From contig DATNBU010000017.1 in NCBI GenBank assembly GCA_035571835.1, positions 106,687 to 170,686 on the forward strand: DNA of 64,000 nt. Reading direction: 5' to 3'. The stretch comes from Candidatus Limnocylindrales bacterium. Its GTDB lineage: Bacteria; Desulfobacterota; Binatia; UBA1149; CAITLU01. The notes beneath the pieces were generated by a model. That model saw nothing but the letters and a program-made list of their open reading frames with translations. It did not search any database and had not been told where the DNA came from. A program made the position numbers and the translations under genes. Shown here piece by piece: positions 35,583 to 45,991 of this stretch; within the stretch, counting starts at the first letter, position 1, and every line of letters starts with the position of its first letter.

Positions 35583-37544
35583 TTGTTCGCACCGCTGGTG
35601 ACCCGTGGATGTGAAGCCGATGCGAGAGTTCCTCTGAAAGGATACGGCAAATTTCTTGCCGGAGCGGCCATTGCTGGCCTGCTCGTCCTGTCTGCCGTTC
35701 TCGCTGTGCCCGCCGTCACCGGCCGAACCCCGTTCTATACGCGAGGAGAGCCCCGCGAGGCGCTGGTCGTGCAGACCATCGTTCGCGACGGCCAGCTCGT
35801 GCTTCCGATGCGCAACGGCAACGAGCTGCCGTCCAAGCCTCCGCTGTTTCACTGGCTCGGCGCGCTCGCCAGCTTCCTGCACGGACGCGTCAGCGAAGGA
35901 ACGATCCGCTTTCCGAGCCTCGTCGCCGCACTGCTCGCCGCGCTGGCCACCGCGCTCGCGGCATGGTCGTGGTGGGGCGCCGATACCGCGCTGATGACGG
36001 CCGTGGTGCTCGGCACGAGCTACCAGTGGCTCGCGTCGTCGGTCACTGCACGCGTCGACATGGTGCTGGCCGCTGCCGTCACACTGGCGCTGCTGTCGTT
36101 CGCGCGGGCGATCGAGACCGGCCGCAGCATCCCGGTCACGGTATTCGTGCTGCTGGTCGTCGCGACGCTCACCAAAGGGCCGATCGGACTCGTCCTGCCG
36201 TGCACGATCGCGGGCGTGACGCTGGCACTGCGCGGCGAGCTCGCGTTCCTCGGAATGCGCGAGGCGAGGCTGCTGCTGCTTGCGATCGCAGCGTCGTCGG
36301 CGTGGTACGTGGCGGCGTTCTTCGTCGGCGGCGATGCGTTTTTCGCCAAGCAGATCCTCAAGGAGAACGTGTTTCGTGTGCTCGATCCGGATTCGGTCGA
36401 AGCCGGACACGTGGCTCCGTTCTGGTTCTACGTACCGCTGATGGCCGCGGGCCTCGCGCCGTGGAGCCTGTTCATCCCGGGGCTCGTCGCTTTCGCGGTA
36501 ACCAGACCGACGGGAGCGGACACAATGACGGACGGTGCGGGCGCTGCGGTGAGGGTCGTGGCGAGCTCGGCCGCGCCCACGACTACAGCGGCAGCAACTC
36601 AGGCGGCGACGACTGTGGCGGCTGCGCCGACGCCGTCGCTGCTCCGGCGCCTCGATCCGCACGTCGTCTTCGCGGTCGTGTGGGGCGCAGTCACGTTCGG
36701 AATCTTCTCGCTCGCCGGCTCCAAGCGTGCGGTCTACCTGCTGCCGGCCTACCCCGCCTACGCAATGCTGATCGCAAGGGCGTGGACGAGCGTCATGCGC
36801 AGCCGTACGGCGCCCGTTGCGGCCGCCCTCTTCGTGGCCGGCGCCGTGCTGTCGGCGGCCCTGCTTGTCGCGGTTGCGATCGTCGTCGTCGCGGGCGCCG
36901 CGGGTGTGCCGATCGACGGACGGCTCGCCCAGTTCGTCAGCAACGCCGACGTCAACAACGTGACGCCCGTGCTCGAAGCCACGCGCGAGCATCGCGCGAT
37001 CATCATTCCGCTCGGGCTCGTGATGCTGTCGGCCGCATGGGTCACGGTCCGCTCCGCGCAGGGCCAGCGCTGGGCACGCGTCGCAGCCGCAACCGCATTG
37101 GCGATGATCGTGCTCCAGGCAACGCTTTCGACGACGCTGCTTCCGGCTCTTGCGTCCAAACGCAGCGCACGAAGCTTCATCAATCATGTGCAGGAGCTCG
37201 TTCCTGTCGAAGTGCCGCTGTCTTTTTACCGGGCCTTCGATTATGGGGCCGTGTTCTACCGGGGAGCGCCGATTCCCGTCCGGCAGGCGCTCACCGACGT
37301 TCCCGAAATCGACGGAGCATGGCTCCTGACCTGGCCCGCCTTCCTTTCGGACCTTTCCGAAGAAGTGCGGAAACTCGACACCGGCGGCGAAGCAGCCGGA
37401 GCGTACGAGGTCGAGGAGGCAATCGCCTCCAAGGACGTCGACCCTTCGGATCGAACTTCGCTCGTACTGGTGCGCATCAAGAGGCGGATCCCAGAGGATC
37501 AAACAGGGGATCGAACGGATGAGCGCTCCGGCGACCGAAACTGA
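35583..37544 (+). CDS. ArnT/PMT-like (GT39/GT83) polyprenyl-phosphate-dependent glycosyltransferase
   Basis: GEPREALVVQTIVRDGQLVLPMRNGNELPSKPPLFHW matches the ArnT/PMT N-terminal loop. More than 10 transmembrane helices. Confidence 0.7.
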   Translation: MFAPLVTRGCEADARVPLKGYGKFLAGAAIAGLLVLSAVLAVPAVTGRTPFYTRGEPREALVVQTIVRDGQLVLPMRNGNELPSKPPLFHWLGALASFLHGRVSEGTIRFPSLVAALLAALATALAAWSWWGADTALMTAVVLGTSYQWLASSVTARVDMVLAAAVTLALLSFARAIETGRSIPVTVFVLLVVATLTKGPIGLVLPCTIAGVTLALRGELAFLGMREARLLLLAIAASSAWYVAAFFVGGDAFFAKQILKENVFRVLDPDSVEAGHVAPFWFYVPLMAAGLAPWSLFIPGLVAFAVTRPTGADTMTDGAGAAVRVVASSAAPTTTAAATQAATTVAAAPTPSLLRRLDPHVVFAVVWGAVTFGIFSLAGSKRAVYLLPAYPAYAMLIARAWTSVMRSRTAPVAAALFVAGAVLSAALLVAVAIVVVAGAAGVPIDGRLAQFVSNADVNNVTPVLEATREHRAIIIPLGLVMLSAAWVTVRSAQGQRWARVAAATALAMIVLQATLSTTLLPALASKRSARSFINHVQELVPVEVPLSFYRAFDYGAVFYRGAPIPVRQALTDVPEIDGAWLLTWPAFLSDLSEEVRKLDTGGEAAGAYEVEEAIASKDVDPSDRTSLVLVRIKRRIPEDQTGDRTDERSGDRN

Positions 37545-38874
37545 GACTCCGGATCACGCCGAGCTTCGGGCGCTGCTCGAAGCCGGCGATGAAGCCGCTG
37601 CTCGCGCCGCGATCGCCGACCTGCATCCTGCCGACCTTGCCGACGTTCTCGATGCGCTCGACCAGCCCGAGCGCCAGCTCCAGCTTTTCCGGCTGCTCGA
37701 GCCCGAGACCGCCTCCGAAGTCGTCCGCGAGATCAGCGAGCATTCCAAGGCCTCGCTGGTCGAGCTGCTGTCGGACGCGCGCCTGTCGGCCGTCCTCGAA
37801 CGGCTCGACACCGACGATGCCGCCGACCTGCTCGGCCATCTCGACGAGGACCGCAAGGACCGGCTGCTGCGGCGCACGAGCCCCGAGGCCCGCCGCAACG
37901 TCGCCGGGCTGCTGACCTACGCCGAAGACACCGCCGGCGGCATCATGAAGACCGAGGTCGCGACCGCGACCACGCTCTCGACCGTGCGCGAGGTCATCGA
38001 GTCGATCCGCCGCCACGCCGACGACTACCACGACATCCAGGAAATCTACGTCACCGACGAGCAGCGCCGCCTGAAAGGCGTCGTCCCGCTGCGCGAGCTG
38101 CTGCTGTTCGACGACGAGACGCCGCTCGAGCGCTTCATGCAGACCGAAACGGTCCCTGTCGACGTCGACATGGACCAGGAAGAAGTCGCGCGCGTGTTCG
38201 GCAAGTACGACCTCCTGTCGGTGCCGGTGCTCGACTCGCTCGGTCGCGTCGTCGGCCGCATCACCGTCGACGACATCGTCGACGTCATCGCGGAAGAGGC
38301 CACCGAGGACATCCTGAAGCTCGCCGGCGTCGGCGACGAAAGCTTCGTCGGCGCCAGCCCGTTCGATGCGGTCCGCTCGCGGTTGCCGTGGCTCGTATTC
38401 AACTTCGCGACCGCCGGTCTCTCGGCGCTGATCATCGCGCAGTTCGAGGAGACCATTCGCCAGGTCGCGGTCGCCGCAGCGCTGATGACGGTGATCTCGG
38501 CGATGGCCGGCAACGCCGGCACGCAGACGATGACCGTGCTCGTGCGCGCCATCGCGCTCGGCGAGGCGCGCGGTCCGCAGGCCCGCCGGCTGCTGGCCCG
38601 CGAGGCGCTGACGTCGCTGATCAACGGTGCGCTGCTCGGCCTTTCCGGCGCGCTGATCGTCTACCTGTGGCGAGGCGACGCGCGCGTCGCGGCCGTCATG
38701 GGGTTCGCGCTGCTCATCAACCTGCAGGTATCGGCGGCGGTCGGAACCATGGTTCCGCTGGTGCTGCGCAGCTTCTCGCTCGATCCGGCGGTCGCGTCGT
38801 CGGTCCTGGTGACGGCCGCGACGGACTGGGCAGGCTTTTTCGTGTTCCTCGCGCTGCTGAGCGTAATGCTGTGA
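37519..38874 (+). CDS. mgtE: Magnesium transporter MgtE
   Basis: N-domain, tandem CBS domains, and C-terminal transmembrane domain with the MAGNAGTQ signature. Confidence 0.85.
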   Translation: MSAPATETETPDHAELRALLEAGDEAAARAAIADLHPADLADVLDALDQPERQLQLFRLLEPETASEVVREISEHSKASLVELLSDARLSAVLERLDTDDAADLLGHLDEDRKDRLLRRTSPEARRNVAGLLTYAEDTAGGIMKTEVATATTLSTVREVIESIRRHADDYHDIQEIYVTDEQRRLKGVVPLRELLLFDDETPLERFMQTETVPVDVDMDQEEVARVFGKYDLLSVPVLDSLGRVVGRITVDDIVDVIAEEATEDILKLAGVGDESFVGASPFDAVRSRLPWLVFNFATAGLSALIIAQFEETIRQVAVAAALMTVISAMAGNAGTQTMTVLVRAIALGEARGPQARRLLAREALTSLINGALLGLSGALIVYLWRGDARVAAVMGFALLINLQVSAAVGTMVPLVLRSFSLDPAVASSVLVTAATDWAGFFVFLALLSVML

Positions 38875-40286
38875 CGACCGGAGTTTCCGAACCTGCGGGA
38901 AGCGCGTGGGCGACCGCCACGACCTCCGGCAGGCCGCTGCGTGTCGCGGTCGTCGGCGCAGGTCCGGCCGGGTTCTATACCGTCGAAGCGCTGCTCAAGC
39001 GCAAGGACGTCGATGTCGACGTGGATCTGTTCGAGCGCCTGCCCGCGCCGTACGGGCTGCTGCGTTACGGCGTCGCGCCCGATCATCCGAAGATCAAGTC
39101 GGTCTCGGTCGCATACGACAGGCTCTGCGAGGATCCGCGCGTGCGCTTTTTCGGCAACGTCCATGTCGGCCGGGGTCTTGCCGTGAGCGACCTTCTCGCG
39201 TGCTACGACCAGGTGGTGTTCGCGACCGGCTGCGAGACCGACCGCCGCATCGGTGTGCCGGGCGAAGAGCTCGCCGGCAGCCTTTCGGCGACCGCGTTCG
39301 TCGCCTGGTACAACGGACATCCGGAATACCGCTCGCTTCCGGTCGATCTGTCGACCGAACGCGTCGTCGTCGTCGGCATCGGCGATGTCGCGATGGACCT
39401 CGCGCGCATCCTGCTGCGCAACCCGGACGATCTCGCGAACACCGACATCGCCGATTACGCGCTGGCCGCGCTGCGCACGAGCCGCGTGCGCGAGGTCGTG
39501 ATCCTCGCGCGGCGCGGGCCTCGCCAGGCCGCATTTGCCGCCAAGGAGCTCGAGGACATCGCCGAGCTGCCGGGCGTCGGCGTCAGCGTCGATCGCGACC
39601 AGGTCACGCACGACCTCGAGACCGTCGATCCGCACCACGGAACCGAGCGCCACAAGCTCGAGGTGCTGGCCGCGATCGCGGACGCCGGTGACGGCGGCGC
39701 TCGACGCCGGCTCGAGATCCGCTTCCTTGCATCACCCGCGGCGATCCTTGGCGAGGGAGGCCGTACTGCCGCGATTCGCATCCAGCACAACGAGCTGATC
39801 CGCAGTGCCTCGAGCGACGTCGTCGCGCGCGGCACCGGCCGCTACGAGACGATTCCGTGCGGGCTCGTGCTGCGCTCGGTCGGCTATCGCGGGCTTCCGC
39901 TCGCCGGCCTGCCGTTCGACGAAGAGCGCGGCATCATCGCCAACGCGGGCGGGCGCGTGCTCGACGGCGGCGTAATCGTGCCGGGCCTGTACGTCTCCGG
40001 TTGGATCAAGCGCGGTGCGACCGGCGTCGTCGGTACCAACAAAGGCGATGCGGCGGCCACGGTCGCGAACATGCTGGAAGACGCGGCGACGACGCCCGCC
40101 CGCGATGCGGCATCCGTTTCGCGCGGCGCGATCGATCGCGTGCTCGGCGAACGCGGCATTCGCGTCGTCACCTGGGACGGCTGGAAACGCATCGACAGGG
40201 TCGAGCGCGAGCGCGGTGCGGCCACCGGCAAAGTCCGCGAAAAGCTGACCGACATCGAAGCCTGCCTCGAAGCCGCCGGCGTCTGA
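38871..40286 (+). CDS. FprA/adrenodoxin-reductase-like NADPH:ferredoxin reductase
   Basis: GTG start in GTGA overlap with the mgtE stop. VAVVGAGPAGFY FAD-binding and VVVGIGDVAMD NADP-binding Rossmann motifs. Confidence 0.75.
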   Translation: MTTGVSEPAGSAWATATTSGRPLRVAVVGAGPAGFYTVEALLKRKDVDVDVDLFERLPAPYGLLRYGVAPDHPKIKSVSVAYDRLCEDPRVRFFGNVHVGRGLAVSDLLACYDQVVFATGCETDRRIGVPGEELAGSLSATAFVAWYNGHPEYRSLPVDLSTERVVVVGIGDVAMDLARILLRNPDDLANTDIADYALAALRTSRVREVVILARRGPRQAAFAAKELEDIAELPGVGVSVDRDQVTHDLETVDPHHGTERHKLEVLAAIADAGDGGARRRLEIRFLASPAAILGEGGRTAAIRIQHNELIRSASSDVVARGTGRYETIPCGLVLRSVGYRGLPLAGLPFDEERGIIANAGGRVLDGGVIVPGLYVSGWIKRGATGVVGTNKGDAAATVANMLEDAATTPARDAASVSRGAIDRVLGERGIRVVTWDGWKRIDRVERERGAATGKVREKLTDIEACLEAAGV

Positions 40287-40292
40287 GCTGGA

Positions 40293-40342
40293 AAATCGGG
40301 GACAGACACCGATTTCGCGAAATCGGTGTCTGTCCCCGATTT
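40293..40342. repeat. 50-bp perfect palindromic element, copy 2 (intergenic, between convergent genes)
   Basis: AAATCGGGGACAGACACCGATTTCGCGAAATCGGTGTCTGTCCCCGATTT, identical to copy 1. Each 23-bp arm is itself an imperfect palindrome. Coordinates derived from the ORF 39857 frame. Confidence 0.9.
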
Positions 40343-40354
40343 CGGCTAGCGGCG

Positions 40355-41194
40355 TCAGATCTCTTCGAAAAGCGTGCGGTACGAAATCAGCTCGACGTTG
40401 CTCGTCGCGAGCGCGTCGCGTACGCGGCGGCTGGTGACGATCGCCGCCTCGGCGACGCCGTCGAACTGCGGCAGCAGCGAGCCGGGCCGCGCGACCAGCT
40501 CGGTGACGCCGGACGGCAGCGACGACAGCCGCTTTGCCACATCGCCTTCGGTGGCCGGACGGATCGGGCTCAGCACGTCGACACGATCGGGGCCGACGAA
40601 CGACCGCGCGCGAAAACCGCCGTAACGGATCATCGTGCCGATCAGGTCGCGCTCGACGCGCGCTTCGAAGCTCTGCGGTCCCGAGCGCTTCTCGTAATCG
40701 ACGAGATGCGTGCACGGCCGCCGCAGCGCGTGGATCGGATAGTCCTCGGCCAGCTCCTTCAGCAGCGAAAGCACCGTCGGATGCAGATGCAGGTTGTGGT
40801 GGCCGGTGACGAAGCTGAGGTACAGGCTCGTCGACAGAAACTTCTCGACCTGCGCGCGGATTTCGGCCTTGAGCTGATCGCGAAGGCCGCCGCTGCGGCG
40901 GTAATGCCACGCGGCTTCGAGCGGCCGGTCGACGAATCGCCCGGTGCTGTCGACGAGGTCGCGGATGTGACGGCGCGGCAGCGTGGAGTGCCCGTCGCAC
41001 AGGACCAGCTGCAGGCCGACCGACAGGCCAGGCCGGATGCGTGCCGCCACCGCCGCCGAATGCGAACCGGTCGCAGAGACCCGCAGGCTTGCGCTCGTCA
41101 CCACGCCGCTTTCGTACCCGGCAACGACAGCGTCGTTGATCTCGGGCCAGAGACCGAAGTCATCGGCAGTAATGATGAGGCGGGGTTTCTTCAT
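40355..41194 (-). CDS. YdjC/ChbG-family carbohydrate deacetylase (HpnK-like)
   Basis: MKKPRLIITADDFGL N-terminus is the YdjC signature. Confidence 0.75.
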   Translation of the reverse strand: MKKPRLIITADDFGLWPEINDAVVAGYESGVVTSASLRVSATGSHSAAVAARIRPGLSVGLQLVLCDGHSTLPRRHIRDLVDSTGRFVDRPLEAAWHYRRSGGLRDQLKAEIRAQVEKFLSTSLYLSFVTGHHNLHLHPTVLSLLKELAEDYPIHALRRPCTHLVDYEKRSGPQSFEARVERDLIGTMIRYGGFRARSFVGPDRVDVLSPIRPATEGDVAKRLSSLPSGVTELVARPGSLLPQFDGVAEAAIVTSRRVRDALATSNVELISYRTLFEEI

Positions 41195-41278
41195 GCGGGG
41201 ACGGAACGGCGGCTCGAAGGGCCGCGCCGGAGGCCGTCGCGGGCGGTTGGCACCGGTTCGAGCCGGTGCAGGTGGATA

Positions 41279-43075
41279 TCAGCCGACCATTTCGCGGGCA
41301 AGCAGGCGCTTCTGGTAGAAACTCTGCAATTCCGATCGGTTGAGCAGACCCGCCACGGTGCGTGCATGTTTGTCTTCGACGACGACGATTTCCTCGACGC
41401 CGTGCAGGACGACCATCTGCAGCGCATCGTAGAGGCTGTCGCCGAGACGCAGCACCGGACCGTCGCGACGCACCAGCTCGCGCACGCTTCGGTCGGCCCA
41501 CGAATGGCTCTCGAGCAGCACCGCACGCAGGTCGACCATGCCGACGGTGCCGACGAGGCCGTCGTCGTCGTCGACGACCGGAAACACCGCATGCCGTGAC
41601 TCGCTGACCGTGCGCACGAGCTCGGCAACCGAAGCATTCTCACGAACCGGCGTGATGTCGCGCGCGACCAGGCTGTGGACGAAAAACTGCCGGAGCACGC
41701 GCGTGCGGCCATCCGAATGCAGATGCAGCCCGCGGCGCGCGAGGTCGTACTCGTCGATGCTGGTGGGGACCAGCTGGCGTGCGACCGTGGTGGCCGTGAT
41801 CGCGGTGATCATGATCGGCACCACGACGCTGTAGTCGCGCGTCAGCTCGAAGAGCAGGAAGATCGCCGTCATCGGCGCATGCGTCGCGGCAGCGAGAAGC
41901 GTTCCCATCCCGACCAGGCCGAATGCGCCCGGATGCGCGATCGAACCGGGCAGCACGTGGTTGACGACGACGGCGAAACCGGCGCCGAACGCAGCGCCGA
42001 TGAACATCGCCGGAGCGAACACTCCACCCGACCCGCCGAAGCCGAGCGTAACGCCGGTCATCACCAGCTTCACGAGCGCCAGCGACAGCAGCAGGCGCGC
42101 GCCCATTTCGCCGAGAAAGAACTGGTTGATCACGTCGTAGCCGCTGCCGCCGATCTGCGGGAACAGGACGAGCGCGGATCCGACGATCACCGCACCGGCG
42201 ACGGGCCGCAGCGCGACCGGAATCGCCGACGTGCCGACCCAGTCCTTGATCGCGTAGAACCCGCGCAGGAACGCGACGGCGACCGGACCGCTGGCGATGC
42301 CGAGCAGCAGGTAGAAGACCAGCTCGTGGTTGATCGGAAACTCGAAGTGCGGCGCGGCAAGGACCTGGTGGTAGCCGGTCAGATACTGCGACGTGATCGT
42401 CGCAACGCATGCTGCGACCACCAGCAGCGTCAGCGACTGCAGCTGCGACTGGCCGAGCAGCACGATCTCTTCGGCAAACATCACGCCGGCGATCGGCGCA
42501 CCGAACGTCGATGCGATCGCCGCGGCCGTTCCCGATGCGATCAGCACGCGCAGCCGCTCGGGCGACGGCCGCAGCAGCCGGCTTACCGTCGATCCGATCG
42601 CGCCTCCGATCTGCGCAACCGGACCTTCCACCCCGGCGCTCATTCCGGAGCCGAGCGTGATCGCACCGGTGATGGTTTTCAGCGTGATCCAGCGCCTTCG
42701 GATGTATCCGCCGCGCACGTTGACGATCTCGAGGAAGCGCGGCAGCCCGTATCCGTGGATCTCGCCCGGAAACCATCGGTCGAGCAGCACCAGCAGCGCC
42801 ATGCCCGACATCGGCACCAGCGGAATCAGCCACCAGTTGGCGCCGAGCGCCGCCGTCCCGTCGGCGAACACGTCGGTGGTGACGCTTCGCGCGGGAATAC
42901 CGAGCGCACCGCCGAGCGATCCCCAGAAAACGAAGTGCGCACCTTCGATGGCCGCATGAAAAATGAAGTTGGCGAATGCGGCGGCAATGCCGATCACGAT
43001 CGCCGCCGCCAGAAGCCAGCCGTCGCTTTCGTGAATGTAGCCGGGGAGCTCGCTTCGATCAGCCGGTTCCGTCAC
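41279..43075 (-). CDS. ClC-family chloride channel / H+-Cl- antiporter with C-terminal CBS pair
   Basis: GSGMSAGVEGP and GGVFAPAMFIGA selectivity motifs. Two C-terminal CBS domains. Confidence 0.85.
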   Translation of the reverse strand: MTEPADRSELPGYIHESDGWLLAAAIVIGIAAAFANFIFHAAIEGAHFVFWGSLGGALGIPARSVTTDVFADGTAALGANWWLIPLVPMSGMALLVLLDRWFPGEIHGYGLPRFLEIVNVRGGYIRRRWITLKTITGAITLGSGMSAGVEGPVAQIGGAIGSTVSRLLRPSPERLRVLIASGTAAAIASTFGAPIAGVMFAEEIVLLGQSQLQSLTLLVVAACVATITSQYLTGYHQVLAAPHFEFPINHELVFYLLLGIASGPVAVAFLRGFYAIKDWVGTSAIPVALRPVAGAVIVGSALVLFPQIGGSGYDVINQFFLGEMGARLLLSLALVKLVMTGVTLGFGGSGGVFAPAMFIGAAFGAGFAVVVNHVLPGSIAHPGAFGLVGMGTLLAAATHAPMTAIFLLFELTRDYSVVVPIMITAITATTVARQLVPTSIDEYDLARRGLHLHSDGRTRVLRQFFVHSLVARDITPVRENASVAELVRTVSESRHAVFPVVDDDDGLVGTVGMVDLRAVLLESHSWADRSVRELVRRDGPVLRLGDSLYDALQMVVLHGVEEIVVVEDKHARTVAGLLNRSELQSFYQKRLLAREMVG

Positions 43076-43142
43076 CGCGCAGCGTCCGCGGTCGAGTAGC
43101 GACGCCTGTTCTCACGACGCGCCTGGTTCGGACGGAGGCGCG

Positions 43143-45053
43143 TCACCGCGACACGCCTTTGGCTTTGGCGATGCGATGCACGGTGGCGCCCTGCTGCCTG
43201 CGCTGGCTGCCGAGCTCGTCGAGACGAACGGCAAGACGCTCGCGACCGGCGAGCAGGCTGGCTTCGTCGCCTTCCTCGAGCGGAATCAGGAACTCGCCAC
43301 CGGTCGGATCGGCTTCCTGCAACCAGACGGCGAGAATCGTGCTCGCGTCGGCGATCGGAAGCTCGTCGCGCGGCGGAATCTGCCCGGCCCACACTCCGCG
43401 CACCGATGCGGCGACCTGGTCGATGCCGGCGCGGCTCGAAACCGTCCATGTGCCGATGCAGCGTCCCGCGACCACGGCCGCGACGAATACGCCGGGCAAC
43501 GGACCTGGCGCGCCGGGTGCAACCGCGAGATAGTGAAGCGCGTTGACGAGCCAGTGCGAGCGCTGGGCGAGCCGCTCGAGCCGGCGCGCCGCGGCCTGGA
43601 AGCGGCCGTAGTCGCTCGCACCCGAGACCACTCCCGCAGCGGCCATGAGCTCGCGCGGACCGAAGCGGCTGCGCAGGCAGCGATCGAGCGCGTCGATCTG
43701 CGCGGCATAGTCGTCGGCCGACACGCTGGCGTTGCACGGGCTCGTGCAGCGTCCGGCCGGACCGAGCTCGCACGGCTGACACGCAGGGTCCGGACGCATC
43801 AGGCCGGGGCACGTGCGCAGACGGAACGCGGCCGCAACCAGCTCGGCGGCATCGTCCGCGAACGCGCGGCCGCGAAGCGGGCCGACGTAAAGTGCACCGT
43901 CGGCGGATACGCGTCCGGCGACGAAAACGCGCGGGAACGGAGAGCGCACCGTGACCTTGACGAACGAGCTTCGCGGAAGATGGCGATCGCCGCGATTGTA
44001 CGCCGGCTCGAGACGATGGACTTCGGCGGCCTCGACGAGCGCCGCTTCGAGCGGCGAGCCGCACGCCGTGAACGAAACTTCCCAGGTCTTGGCGACCATC
44101 GCGAGCTGGCGATCGCTCATGTGATCGATGTCGAGGAAATACTGCAGCACGCGCTCGCGCAGATTGGCGGCGCGGCCGACGAACAGCGGATCTTCGTCGC
44201 GCCCGATCAGGCGGTAGACGCCGGGCCCTTCGGGCAGATCTTCGAGATCCGCCTGGCGTACGCGGATTTCGAGCCGCCGCGGCGCGACCGGATCCTCCTG
44301 GGCCTCGATCAGATGATGCACGGTGGTCGCGCCGCGTTCCTGAAGGATCGGAACGAAGCGCGCGAGCAGGTCGACGGTTCGCTCGGCGTCGGCCATCGCG
44401 CGATGGCGCGTGCCGGACGTGAATCCGAAATGCTCGCTCAACGCCTCGAGCGACGTGCGGCGCTGCTCCGGCATCAGCCGCTGCGCGAGCTTGACGGTGC
44501 ACAGCGCAGGCAGCCCGAGCGGACGGCCCAGCCATTTGCGGCACGCGTAGTCGAGAAGCCGCGCGTCGAACGCAGCGTTGTGCGCGACCAATACCGCGCC
44601 TTCGGCGAATTCGGCGAACTTTCCGATCACGTCGCGAAGCGGCGGTGCGTTCGCCACCATCGCATCGGAGATGCCGGTCAACTTCGTGACGAAGCCGGGA
44701 ATCGGCCGGCCGGGATGAACCAGCGTCTCGAAGCGGCCGACTTCGTGAAGGCCTTCGAGGCGGATCGCGCCGATCTCGGTGACGCCGCCGTCGTCGGGAC
44801 GATGCCCGGTGGTCTCGAGATCGACGACCACGAACGGCGCGCTTGCGAGCGGCGCATCGAGCACGTGCTCCTCGACAAGCTGCCAGATGCCGTCGTCTTC
44901 GCGGAAGCGCGGATCGTCGGCGAGAAGCGATGCCAGGAACCTGCGGCCGAACGGCGTGTCGCGACCGCGACCGACGAAGACGATGTCGAGCATCTCCGCC
45001 GCCGTCGACATTCCGCCGTGCGAGCTCAGGAGTCGGTGCAGGGTGGCTCTCAT
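43143..45053 (-). CDS. DnaQ-like 3'-5' exonuclease fused to GIY-YIG (Cho/UvrC-N-like) nuclease domain
   Basis: VVDLETTG ... HNAAFD ... HRAMADA exo motifs I-III, followed by GPGVYRLIGRDEDPLFVGRAANLRERV (GIY-YIG). The real start may be the internal Met near 45011. Confidence 0.75.
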   Translation of the reverse strand: MRATLHRLLSSHGGMSTAAEMLDIVFVGRGRDTPFGRRFLASLLADDPRFREDDGIWQLVEEHVLDAPLASAPFVVVDLETTGHRPDDGGVTEIGAIRLEGLHEVGRFETLVHPGRPIPGFVTKLTGISDAMVANAPPLRDVIGKFAEFAEGAVLVAHNAAFDARLLDYACRKWLGRPLGLPALCTVKLAQRLMPEQRRTSLEALSEHFGFTSGTRHRAMADAERTVDLLARFVPILQERGATTVHHLIEAQEDPVAPRRLEIRVRQADLEDLPEGPGVYRLIGRDEDPLFVGRAANLRERVLQYFLDIDHMSDRQLAMVAKTWEVSFTACGSPLEAALVEAAEVHRLEPAYNRGDRHLPRSSFVKVTVRSPFPRVFVAGRVSADGALYVGPLRGRAFADDAAELVAAAFRLRTCPGLMRPDPACQPCELGPAGRCTSPCNASVSADDYAAQIDALDRCLRSRFGPRELMAAAGVVSGASDYGRFQAAARRLERLAQRSHWLVNALHYLAVAPGAPGPLPGVFVAAVVAGRCIGTWTVSSRAGIDQVAASVRGVWAGQIPPRDELPIADASTILAVWLQEADPTGGEFLIPLEEGDEASLLAGRERLAVRLDELGSQRRQQGATVHRIAKAKGVSR

Positions 45054-45071
45054 GATTCGGGACCCCGCCGC

Positions 45072-45968
45072 TCAGAATTCGACGAGGAAGCTCTCGAGCT
45101 CTTCCGCGGCGACGTCCATCATCTGGATCTTCGCGCGATCATAATCGCCGACCGGATAGTAGACGTAGCCCGTTACCGATGCGCCGGGTGTCAGCTTCGC
45201 GGGCTTGAGCTCCTTGTCGACGATGATTTTCTTTGCGGATTCGACGTTGCCGACGTCGGTCTGCGAACCGCTCGAGCCGGCCTTGGCCGCAAGCTTTGCC
45301 GCCGCGTCGGCCGGGGACAGGCGCGTCGCCACGTCGCCCGCCTTGGTTCGAAGCGTCAGGCCGTCGAGCGCGAACGTGTAACTGCGCTTGCTGCCGTTGC
45401 GAATCGTCACACGGATCGGAAGGATGCCGGCTGCGGCAAGATCCGCATCGAAGTCGAGCACCGTCTCGAAGCCGTGCTGCGGCTGCACTTCGACCAGCAC
45501 GTCGCCGCTCGGAACCGGTGCGCCTTCGGTCGCCGCCTGCGCGAGATTGAGCGCCGGAGTTTCGCGGCCGGTGACCGAGCCGCGATCGATCTTGAGCCCG
45601 CTGCGTCCGGTCACGGAAAGGAAGATTCCGCGCTCGAAGATCTTGTCGCCCATCGATGTCTGCGACGGGTCGATCGTGACGCCCTGGTCGGTGCACGAGA
45701 TCGTCACTTCCCCGCGGCGGTCGCGCCCGACGGCGGAAAGATGACCGGGCGTACCCGGGTGCGCCTGATTGAACGACGTGACCTTCATCTGCATGTCGCC
45801 GACCGCGTCGTAGACGTAGCGGTTGGCTTCGTCGCAATTGATCTCGGCGCTGTGGACGACGTACGACTGCGAAACCGGCGTGCATCCGGCGACGACCGCA
45901 CCAAGCAGGAACGACGCGATGCGTCCTGAGAATTGGCTCGCGCGACGATGATGGGAAGAATCGGCGAC
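45072..45968 (-). CDS. Lipoprotein of unknown function
   Basis: Lipobox LLGAVVAGC. No ATG upstream of the signal peptide, so a GTG start (VADSS) is assumed and start confidence is low. Confidence 0.45.
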   Translation of the reverse strand, partial: VADSSHHRRASQFSGRIASFLLGAVVAGCTPVSQSYVVHSAEINCDEANRYVYDAVGDMQMKVTSFNQAHPGTPGHLSAVGRDRRGEVTISCTDQGVTIDPSQTSMGDKIFERGIFLSVTGRSGLKIDRGSVTGRETPALNLAQAATEGAPVPSGDVLVEVQPQHGFETVLDFDADLAAAGILPIRVTIRNGSKRSYTFALDGLTLRTKAGDVATRLSPADAAAKLAAKAGSSGSQTDVGNVESAKKIIVDKELKPAKLTPGASVTGYVYYPVGDYDRAKIQMMDVAAEELESFLVEF

Positions 45969-45991
45969 GCGACGCTCAGGGAGACGGACGA

